From Chitinophagaceae bacterium (lineage in GTDB: Bacteria > Bacteroidota > Bacteroidia > Chitinophagales > Chitinophagaceae), in assembly GCA_044348985.1 (NCBI GenBank), contig JBIKRV010000016.1:5725-69724 (forward strand): a stretch of 64,000 bases of DNA. The letters run 5' to 3'. A program made the position numbers and the translations under genes. Position 1 is the first letter of the stretch; each line of letters starts with the position of its first letter. Shown here in pieces: positions 54,924-64,000 of this stretch. The notes under the pieces were generated by a model, which saw only the letters and a program-made list of their open reading frames with translations, had not been told where the DNA came from and did no database searches.

Positions 54924-55994
54924 ATGACTACCTCTATTGATAACTTATTTTCAGAATCAGTTGAACTGTTAAAACAACTCATTGCAACACCATCATTCTC
55001 TAAAGAAGAAAATGATACTGCCGAAATTATTTGTGCTTTTTTCGATAAACACAACATACCACATGCTCGTGTAGGCAATAATATTTATGCCAAGAACAAG
55101 CATTATGATGCTGCTAAAAAAAGCATATTATTAAACTCTCACCACGATACTGTAAAACCCAATAAAGGCTATACACTAGACCCATTTACCCCAATTGAAA
55201 AAGAGGGTAAATTATTTGGTTTGGGAAGTAATGACGCAGGTGGCTGTTTGGTTTCTTTGATAGCAACTTTTTTATTTTACTACGATAGAAATGATACCAC
55301 TTACAATGTAGTTTTTGCAGCAAGTGCCGAAGAAGAAATTAGTGGCGTTAATGGAATTGAATTGGTATTGCCTTACTTAGGTGCCATTGATTGTGGCATT
55401 GTTGGCGAACCAACCAAATTAGAAATGGCTGTTGCAGAACGTGGCTTGATGGTGATTGATTGTACTGCTGAAGGTCGTGCTGGTCATGCAGCTCGTAAAG
55501 AAGGTGAAAGTGCTTTGTACAAAGCTGTGGATGATATTAATTGGATTCGTAATTATCATTTTGCAAGAGTAAGCAGCCTGTTAGGCGAAAGCATGTTAAC
55601 TGCAACTGTTATAGAAACAGACAACAAACAACACAATGTTGTGCCTGCACAATGCAAATTTGTAATTGATGTTCGGGTGAATGAACTGTACACATTTGAT
55701 GAAATTTTAGAAGAACTTAAAAACAATCTGAAAAGTAAATTCAAGCCTCGAACAACAAGAATGAAATCGACTTCTATTTCATTAGAGCATCCATTGGTAA
55801 AAGCTGGATTGGCATTGGGCAAAGGTTATTATGGAAGTCCAACCACAAGCGATAAAGCATTGATGCCTTTCTCTACTTTAAAAATGGGACCAGGCGATAG
55901 TGCAAGAAGTCATACAGCCGATGAATACATTTATTTGGATGAGATAAAGAATGGTATTGAAACGTATATTAACTTGTTGAATCAGTTGTTGTAA
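54924..55994 (+). CDS. argE: M20 family metallo-hydrolase (acyl-ornithine deacylase)
   Basis: M20 motifs LLNSHHDTV, GSNDAGG and EEEISG. Position between argB and argH. Confidence 0.8.
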   Translation: MTTSIDNLFSESVELLKQLIATPSFSKEENDTAEIICAFFDKHNIPHARVGNNIYAKNKHYDAAKKSILLNSHHDTVKPNKGYTLDPFTPIEKEGKLFGLGSNDAGGCLVSLIATFLFYYDRNDTTYNVVFAASAEEEISGVNGIELVLPYLGAIDCGIVGEPTKLEMAVAERGLMVIDCTAEGRAGHAARKEGESALYKAVDDINWIRNYHFARVSSLLGESMLTATVIETDNKQHNVVPAQCKFVIDVRVNELYTFDEILEELKNNLKSKFKPRTTRMKSTSISLEHPLVKAGLALGKGYYGSPTTSDKALMPFSTLKMGPGDSARSHTADEYIYLDEIKNGIETYINLLNQLL

Positions 55995-56013
55995 TTCTGA
56001 GCGTAGTCGAAGG
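55994..56013 (-). repeat. CCTTCGAC..GCTCAG short interspersed motif (reverse copy)
   Basis: The reverse complement is ccttcgactacgctcagaat; compare 7404-7425. Confidence 0.5.
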
Positions 56014-56037
56014 GTTTGGTAACGAGCTGCATAACAT

Positions 56038-56065
56038 TTATGAACTGTAGTTGCGTCGCACACTT
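56038..56065 (+). repeat. post-gene interspersed repeat, copy 2
   Basis: ttatgaactgtagttgcgtcgcacactt; compare 49021-49071. Confidence 0.7.
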
Positions 56066-56095
56066 TTGGTTTTTGAATAAAACTGAACTTTTTTT

Positions 56096-56171
56096 CACCG
56101 CAGAGAACAGGAGTTAAAGAGCATACGCAGAGACTCAGCGAAAACCTCTGCTTCTCTTGTACTCTGCGGTA
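56096..56171. repeat. CGCAGAG/CTCTGCG palindromic intergenic element upstream of argH
   Basis: accgcagag (56097-56105) pairs with ctctgcggt (56162-56170), with internal cgcagagac / cctctgc. Confidence 0.65.
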
Positions 56172-56189
56172 AAATTAAAATGATAAAAA

Positions 56190-57521
56190 ATGAAACTTTG
56201 GCAAAAAGATAAAGCATCATTAAAAGAAGTGGAAACATTTACGGTAGGTAAAGATCCTGAGTTTGATTTAATGCTTGCTCCTTTTGATGTTTTAGGAAAT
56301 ATAGCTCATGCTAAAATGTTAGCAACAGTTGGCTTATTAACCCAATTAGAAGCAGAGCAATTAACAGAAGAACTAAAAAAAATATACGCTCAAATTCCAA
56401 ATCCCAAATTCCAAATTCCCCAAGGCGTTGAAGACATTCATTCTTATGTGGAATTTCTACTCACAGAAAAGCTCGGTGACATTGGTAAAAAAATTCACTC
56501 AGCCCGTAGCAGAAATGATCAGGTTTTGGTAGATGTAAAACTCTTTTTAAGAAATGAAATTGAAGAAATGGTGAATGCCATTCAACCATTCTTTCAATTA
56601 TTGCAACAACAAAGCGAAGCTTTTAAAAATCATTTATTACCCGGCTATACACATTTACAAATAGCTATGCCCAGCAGTTTTGGTTTGTGGTTTGGAGCCT
56701 ATGCAGAGAGTTTGGTAGATGATGTTACTACCTTACATGCAGCCTATCAGGTAGTGAATAAAAATCCTTTAGGCAGTGCTGCAGGTTATGGTTCTTCTTT
56801 TCCCATCAACAGAACATTAACCACACAATTATTGGGCTTTGCTGATTTGAATTACAATGTGGTGTATGCACAAATGGGCAGGGGAAAAGCTGAACGAATT
56901 ACAGCACAGGCATTAGCCAATGTGGCTGATACATTGAGCAGGTTAAGTATGGATATGACTTTGTACTTAAACCAGAATTTCGACTTCGTTTCTTTTCCAA
57001 CAGAGTTAACAACAGGCAGCAGTATTATGCCTCATAAAAAAAATCCCGATGTATTTGAATTAATAAGAAGTCATTGCAACAGAATAAAAGCATTGCCCAA
57101 TGAAATTACCCTAATGACTACCAATTTGCCAAGTGGTTATCATAGAGATTTACAATTATTGAAAGAACATTTGTTTCCTGCATTTCAAACATTGAAAGAT
57201 TGTATTAATATGGCTGCATTAATGCTCAGCAATATTTCTGTAAAAGAAAATATTGTAGCCGATGAAAAGTACAAATACATTTTTAGTGTGGAAGAAGTCA
57301 ATAAACTCGTGTTACAAGGCGTACCATTCAGAGATGCGTACAAACAAGTTGGTCTTGCTATTGAAGCCAATCAATTTACTTATTCAACTGAAGTAAACCA
57401 TACACACAAAGGCAGTATTGGCAATTTATGTACTGAACAAATTAATGGTATGATGCAAACTACATTAGGCAAGTTTGAATTCGAAAAAGTACATGCGGCA
57501 ATTGATAGCTTGTTGAAATAA
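56190..57521 (+). CDS. argH: argininosuccinate lyase
   Basis: Fumarate-lyase signature GSSIMPHKKNPD and SARSRNDQV. 443 aa. Confidence 0.96.
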   Translation: MKLWQKDKASLKEVETFTVGKDPEFDLMLAPFDVLGNIAHAKMLATVGLLTQLEAEQLTEELKKIYAQIPNPKFQIPQGVEDIHSYVEFLLTEKLGDIGKKIHSARSRNDQVLVDVKLFLRNEIEEMVNAIQPFFQLLQQQSEAFKNHLLPGYTHLQIAMPSSFGLWFGAYAESLVDDVTTLHAAYQVVNKNPLGSAAGYGSSFPINRTLTTQLLGFADLNYNVVYAQMGRGKAERITAQALANVADTLSRLSMDMTLYLNQNFDFVSFPTELTTGSSIMPHKKNPDVFELIRSHCNRIKALPNEITLMTTNLPSGYHRDLQLLKEHLFPAFQTLKDCINMAALMLSNISVKENIVADEKYKYIFSVEEVNKLVLQGVPFRDAYKQVGLAIEANQFTYSTEVNHTHKGSIGNLCTEQINGMMQTTLGKFEFEKVHAAIDSLLK

Positions 57522-57523
57522 TG

Positions 57524-57600
57524 AACCACAGGGCAAAGAAGCAAGGAAGTTTAACTTATAAATCTCTGCGTTAACTCCCCATCTCTGTGCCTCTGCGGTA
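57524..57600. repeat. CTCTGYG-type intergenic element downstream of argH / terC
   Basis: gaaccacaggg ... atctctgcg ... atctctgtgcctctgcggt. Confidence 0.55.
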
Positions 57601-57605
57601 AGTAC

Positions 57606-58406
57606 CTACTTCGCCATATCACCACCTTTATGCTCTGTTTCTTCTTTCAAAACAGGTTCTCTCAACTCAACTGGTTTGGTGCTTTTCTTTCTCATTTGAA
57701 GGTTCAATAATTCTACCCCAAATGAAAAAGCCATGGCAAAATAAACATAGTTTTTAAGGTGCAACATTTCTGCAGCATGATGGTCCCAACCTTCTACCAA
57801 TAGTGTAAAACCAATCATTACCAAGAACGATAATGCCAACATCTTTATAGTTGGATGGTTATGTATAAATCCTGCGATTTTTGAACTGAATAAAAACATT
57901 ATAATCATTGCTATAACAACTGCAGCCACCATTATTTCAATATGTTTAGCAGTACCACCAGCAGTAATAATACTGTCGAAACTGAAAACCATATCAATCA
58001 TCATAATTTGTGCCACTGCATTGGCAAAAGACAATGGTTTCGATTTGCCTGCATAACCACTCTCCTCTTCACCTTCAAGTTTATGATGAATTTCTTTTAC
58101 CGTTTTATACATTAAAAACAAACCACCACCCAACATAACCAAACTTGCTAAATCAAACGATTTACCAAATGCTCCAAATACTTCTTTACCTTTTTGAGCC
58201 AATAACCAGGTTAATCCATACAATAACAGACAGCGTATAAAAATGCCTGTAAACATCCAGGTTAAACGGGCTTTAGGTTGTTTTTCTTTCGGCAAACGGT
58301 TCATAATAATGCTTACAAAAATTACATTATCAATGCCCAAGACAATTTCTAAAATAACCAATACAAAAAAACTAATAATACTTTCTGATGTAAATAAATG
58401 TTCCAT
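57606..58406 (-). CDS. TerC family integral membrane protein
   Basis: LEIVLGIDNVIFV and FSFDSIITA motifs. Start MEHLF at 58406; the track ORF is extended. Confidence 0.88.
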   Translation of the reverse strand: MEHLFTSESIISFFVLVILEIVLGIDNVIFVSIIMNRLPKEKQPKARLTWMFTGIFIRCLLLYGLTWLLAQKGKEVFGAFGKSFDLASLVMLGGGLFLMYKTVKEIHHKLEGEEESGYAGKSKPLSFANAVAQIMMIDMVFSFDSIITAGGTAKHIEIMVAAVVIAMIIMFLFSSKIAGFIHNHPTIKMLALSFLVMIGFTLLVEGWDHHAAEMLHLKNYVYFAMAFSFGVELLNLQMRKKSTKPVELREPVLKEETEHKGGDMAK

Positions 58407-58564
58407 TAATGCTAATATTTGAGTGGCAAATATAGGTGTACAAAAAAGGCGAAACATTACATATTAATTTCAGGTTTAAGCTGGTTGGACTATTTATAGG
58501 TTTTTTAAGGTGGTTTCTTGGGCAGCATTTCAGCGGTTCCCCGTATCTTTATCAATCCCCAAAA

Positions 58565-61500
58565 ATGAACAATTTAAGAATGAAAAAGGTTTTCTTATTA
58601 CTATTGGCTTGTTTATCATTTTTTATAAATGTAAATGCACAAAATAAATCGAATAAAGGCAAAGAGTTTTGGGTTGCATGGGGGCATAATGTTTTACCAG
58701 CTGGAACATCAGCTGGAGCCACAAGTAAATTATCAATTTATTTAAGTGCTGAACAAACTTCGAATATTACAATTTCTATTCCTGGTACATCATTTTCTAC
58801 CATAACAGATGTGATTAATGCAGGTCAAGTTAAAACCTATCAAATTACACTTACCAGCATAATGCTTACAACCGAAGGAATTATTAGTAACAAATCTATA
58901 CACGTTGAAAGCGATGCAGATATTGTTGCTTATGCTCATCAGTATGGGCAAAATTCAGCAGGAGCAACCATGTTAATGCCTGTAGAAACCTATGGCTATA
59001 CCTACTATTCTTTGAATTATACACAAATAAGCAACATGTTAGGTAATGGAACAGCTGGAACAGGTTGTTATTCTTGGTGCTATGCAATTGCTAGTGAAGA
59101 TAATACTAAATTACAGATAACTCCATCTACATTAACAGAAGGAGGGAGTACTGCCAATACTACTTTTACAATTAATCTAAATAAAGGGCAGATTTATAAT
59201 TTTTTTGGTAAGAATAATGGTGGGTCGAATCCATATTTTGGGAATGATCTTACAGGAAGTAAAATTGTATCAGTTGCAGATATAAATGGAATTTGTCATC
59301 CAATTGCAGTTTTTTCTGGCTCAAGTAGAATGCTTGTTAATGCTACAAACGGTGGCGATGTTTTGCAACAGCAAATTTTTCCAGCCAGTGCATGGGGTAC
59401 AAGATACCTAACAGTACCAAGTTCTTCTTCAACTAATATTTCATCTTTTAATAACAATTTTTACAGGATTGCAGTTCGAAATCCGACTACAAATGTTAAA
59501 CGCAATGGAGTCGTTTTAACTAATTTGCAAAATAATTTTTTTATGAATACTCAAGTAGTCAACCAGATTATATAGAAGCTGATGGTCCTATTTTAGTTGC
59601 CCAATTTTTCCCATCTTCGAGTGCTCCAGGTTTTTTAGGCTCTGCTGGCGATCCTGAAATGATTTATTTAAGCCCAATAGAACAAGCAATAAAAAAAGCT
59701 GTTTTTTACAATACTACTAAAGAATCGATAAGTGTTCAATATGTTTCAGTAGTTGTTCCTTCTACAGGCCTTAATTCATTAACTATTGATGGTAGTAACT
59801 CCTTTAATTATATAGGATTTCATCCTCAAAATTTTGCCTATAGAATAGTGCTGAAATCAGTAACTGGCGATGCTCAACATACCATTTCATGCGATTCTAG
59901 TTTTATTGCCTCTACTTATGGTTTAGGATCTGCTGAAAGCTATGGCTACAACGCAGGTACTTTAATCAACAACTTAAATGCCATTGGTGCTGTACAAAAT
60001 ACATTTGGTACAAGTTCTACTACTACTACTTGTCCAAAATCGCCATTTCAATTTTCGATGCAAGTTGCTTATAAGCCAACAAAAATGGTATGGAACTTAA
60101 GTACAGTTGGTGCAAATTTAGGTCCTGTAAATGCCGATACAACTGTACTAAATCCAATTCCGAAAGACAGCAGTATAGTAAATGGAAGAAAATATTACAC
60201 CTATAATTTGCCGAGAGAATATACATTTAGTGATACTGGAACCTATATAATTCCTATTACTTGTACTGCATTAGAAATAGACAATTGCAACAATACAGAA
60301 GATGTAACCTATACCGTTCGTGTAAACCCTGGACCCAAGGCCGATTTCACTTGGGCATATTCTGGTTGTGTATCGGATACTGCTTATTTAACAGGCATAC
60401 CAATTCCATTGGGTCATACCATTAATAAATACAGGTGGTTTTTTGACGACAATTCGCAAGACAGCGTAATTAATGCCAAGAAAAAGTTTAATACCCAAGG
60501 GGTACATCCCACAAAATTCAGGGTTATCAGTACAATAGGTTGTATTGGCGATAGTACCAAAATTGTTACCACCACTGCATCACCAATTGCTACTTTTGGC
60601 ATGAACCCATTACAATCCTGTGGTAGTGCAACAGTAACTTTTACCGATACATCTTCTTTTGCAGGTTCTCCCTTAAATGTTTTTTACTGGGATTTTGGCA
60701 ACGGAAATACTGTTACCTCAACTACCAATGCTGCTCAAACCCAAAACTATCCTAGCTGGGGTACTTATATTGTTAAACACTATGCTGGCGTTACTGGTGG
60801 ATGCAGAAGTGATACGTCTTTTAGAACTTTAAAAGTGTATGCCAACCCAACTGTTAACTTTAGTTACACTTTAGGTTGTTTACAAGATAGTACTGTTCAG
60901 TTTACAGACAATACTACTGTACCGGATGCACAAACTTATACATGGAGTTGGAATTTTGGCGACCCTGCAAGTGGTGCAAACAATATTTCTACTTTACAAA
61001 ATCCAACACATCGTTACACTGCTTATGGCACCTATATGGTAACACTTACAGTTACTACAGCCAATGGTTGCAGCAGTAGTATTACAAAACCATATACGGT
61101 AAGTGGGTTCTCATCGACCATTCTGTATGATGTGGTCAACGAAAACAGTTTATGTGCACAATCTTTGGTTAAGCTAAATAATTTGGCTGTTATTACCCAA
61201 GACTCGATTTATAAAATTGATATCTACTGGGATTTTGCCAATAACCCAACTGTTTTCGAAACAGACAATGCTCCAACACAAGGAGAGCAATACACCCATC
61301 AATACCTAAACTTCACCACACCATTAACCAAAACATACACCATTAAATGGGTGGTTTATTCGAAAGGTGGTTGTATCAGTGAAAAAATAAAAACCATTAC
61401 CCTAAATGCAACACCTGCTGTAACATTTACTACCCTGCAAGGTAAATGTATAAATACTACTTTAAGCAGTGTTGCCAATGGCAGTGTTACCAACGGTATT

Positions 61501-64000
61501 ACCGGAGGTACATTTACGTACAGTGGTAATGGAACAGATGCCGCAGGCAATTTCAATCCTGCAACAGCAGGTGTTGGTGTGCACCCAATTAAATACGTTT
61601 ATATCAGTAGTTTTGGTTGTAAAGACAGTACTACACAAAACATAAGAGTATTCCCTAAACCGCTAAGTAAGTTTGGCTACCTACGTAATGTTTGCTTAGG
61701 TGATAGTATTCGTTTTAAAGATTCTGCAACAATTAGCTCTGGTAAAATCATTAACTGGAATTGGGATTTTGGCGATGCAACCAATGCTTTACGTTTGGAT
61801 AGTAATGCCTTCTTTAAAAGTTATGGTACAGCCAATACATTTACAGTAAAACTGGCGGTAACCAGTGATAGTTTGTGTGTGAGTGATACTTTCCCATTAA
61901 ATGTTACGGTTCGCCAACGACCAGTTTCTACCATCACTGCATCTGCAAGATTGTGTAAGGACACATTGGTAACTTTCACACCAACATCTAGTTTTGCAGG
62001 TGGCACTATTCAATCTTGGTACTATAATTTTGCCAACACACAAACCATTACTACCAACAATAGTAACCCTGTTACAACAACCTACTTAACACCTGGTTCT
62101 TATACTGTAAAACATGCAGTAAATGCAGGTTTGGGTTGTACCAGTGATACAGCTTTTTTACCTATTACCATATATGCAAATCCAGTTGCCAATTTTACCA
62201 TGAGTACTGGTTGTTTAAATGATAGTACAGCAATATTTACAGATGCCACTACGGTAAGTGATGGACAAGCATTTACTTGGAACTGGAATTTTGGCGATCC
62301 TATTAGTGGTGCAAACAATACATCTGCCAATCAAAATCCAACGCACCGTTACACACAATATAACAGTTATCCTGTTGCATTAAAAACTACAACCTCTAAT
62401 GGTTGTACAGGCAGTATTGTTAAGAATTTTTCAGTATTTGGGTTTGTACCAACAGTTACATTCAGTGTTGTTAACGATTTACAATTGTGCAGCAGTAAAC
62501 CAGTTACAATAACCCATCAAACACCTATTACCATCGATTCAATTTATAAATTGGAACTATATTGGGACTTTGCAAATAATCCAACTGCATTTACAACAGA
62601 CAATACACCAACATTAAACGAAGTGTACAACAACAGTTATCCTGTTTTCTTTGCACCAGCATCAAAAACATATACGGTAAAAATAAAAGCGTTTAGTAAA
62701 GGTGGTTGTACTAGCGAAACCACAAAAATCATTACCGTAAATGCAATGCCTCAGTTAAGTTACAACAACATAACTGGTGTTTGTATAAATAGTGTAAACA
62801 CTACTGTAGCAACTGCTACAGTAAATAATGGGGTAATTGGTATTGGTAAATATTATGGCAATGGAACAGATACTTTAGGCAACTTTAATCCAGCAACTGC
62901 TGGTGTTGGTTTACATACCATAAAATATGTGTTTACAACAGCAGGAGGTTGTAAAGATTCTGCCACAGCACAAATACGTGTATTCCCTAAACCATCTGCT
63001 GGTTTTGCGATTACCAACAATATTTGTTTAAGCGATTCTGTGTACATAAAAGATACATCGAATGTAATTACAGGTTCAATTAAAGAACGTCGTTGGGATT
63101 TTGGTGACGGCACAACCAATACCAAATTTAACGCAACTCCTTTTTATAAAAAATACAGCAGCTTTAACAACTTTACGGTTAAACTATATACTATTAGCGA
63201 TAGTTTATGTGTAAGCGATACAGTAAGCAAACCTGTAACGGTATATCCGTTGCCTGTTGTTGCATTCACACCTCCATCTGGGGTTTGTATGCCATTAGGC
63301 GAAGCCAGGTTTATCAATCAAAGTGCCATTAACGGGGGTACAGTAAACAGCTTAAGTTATGTATGGAATTTTGGCGATAATTCGGCCACCACTCCTGTGG
63401 TAAATCCAACACATTATTTCACAGCATCAGGACCATTTAATATTAAATTAATTGCCACTTCTTTGCAAGGCTGTAAAGATTCATTAACCACACCATTAAC
63501 TGCATTCTACCAACAGCCTATTGCCAGCTTTAGTATTGTTGGCGATACGCTTTGTCCGTTTAAACCCATTTTATTCAGCGATAACAGTACTGCTCCTGCA
63601 AGTACCATTAGTCAATGGATTTGGACATTTAGCACAGGCGATAGTGCATTTATACAAAATGTAACTAAATCGTTTGGTACAAATGGAATTTATACAGCCA
63701 CTTTATTGGTTAAAAACCCAGATGGTTGTACTTCTAACCCAATCAGTAAATCGGTTACTATTTATAAACAACCGATTGTAGATGCAGGATTAACGGTTTA
63801 TACTCCTGAAGGTGTATCTGTTCCAATGCATACAACCATTAACGATTCAGTTGCATTTAAATATAAGTGGACACCATCAATTTACTTAAATGATGATACT
63901 TTACTGAATCCAATTTGCACACCAACATTTACCACCACTTATAAAATTACAGCTACCGCACCCGGTAATTGTATTGCAACAGATACAGTAAAAGTGGTGG
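58565..64000 (+). pseudogene. very large secreted adhesin-like protein (IgGFc-binding-like N-terminal domain + many PKD repeats; gliding/T9SS-cargo type), interrupted by a frameshift at a T7 tract; 3' end beyond window
   Basis: Signal peptide (FFINVNAQ). N-domain motifs GKEFWVAWGHN, then after the shift ADGPILVAQFF...GDPEMIYLSPIEQ. Repeated W(D/N)FGDG PKD signatures. Frame 2 stops at 59575, and frame 1 is open from 59536 to the window end. Confidence 0.8.
60601..63270 (+). repeat. two tandem copies of a 1335-bp (445-aa) multi-PKD module within the adhesin gene
   Basis: ggaattttggcga occurs at 60950 and 62285, and tgggaYtttgc at 61228 and 62563. Both pairs are exactly 1335 nt apart, and the divergent similarity is collinear throughout. 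Confidence 0.8.

Noticed and set aside
58407-58564. yybP-ykoY (Mn) riboswitch in the terC leader
   Set aside because: Reading the minus strand, I could not find the conserved GGGGAGUAG and downstream UUGACA-type elements. The region is short and shared with the adhesin promoter.
1-64000. tRNA, rRNA, tmRNA, 6S or other recognisable RNA genes
   Set aside because: Scanning the intergenic regions by eye found no T-loop (GGTTCGAATCC-like) or anticodon-arm architecture and no rRNA-like conserved blocks. The zapA-adjacent gaps are too short or too unstructured to call a 6S RNA.

Overview
A/T-rich Bacteroidota-type chromosomal segment. The lineage call rests on a SusC/SusD pair, lipoprotein-rich secreted proteins, a PKD-repeat adhesin of the gliding/T9SS type, and an arginine operon with argF' and a leading GNAT gene. 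Most of the window is housekeeping: leuS, ftsX, uppP, comM/yifB, folD, queE, dprA, guaB, rny, zapA, pheT, dnaB, the arg operon (GNAT-argG-argC-argD ... argF'-argB-argE-argH), two M16 peptidases and terC. I saw no rRNA, tRNA or CRISPR array. The housekeeping operons are heavily colonised by small selfish or cassette-like units. These are a RAYT-like Y1 transposase flanked by structured REP-like repeats, two four-helix-bundle (23S-IVS-protein family) genes flanked by inverted heptamer arrays, a DUF559 gene with 21-nt terminal inverted repeats translationally fused to argB, three type II TA pairs and one IS630 copy. There are also several families of short interspersed repeats. Two of these families sit in-frame inside enzymes: a 21-nt GC-rich element in argC, argB and argF', and heptanucleotide arrays in queE and argF'. 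An A/T-rich block of five uncharacterised genes (31.4-35.3 kb), next to the IS630 copy and a relBE-like pair, is the only clearly accessory protein-coding region. The large PKD adhesin gene at the 3' end is interrupted at a T7 homopolymer. All calls come from motif recognition by eye. No searches, folding or composition statistics were run.
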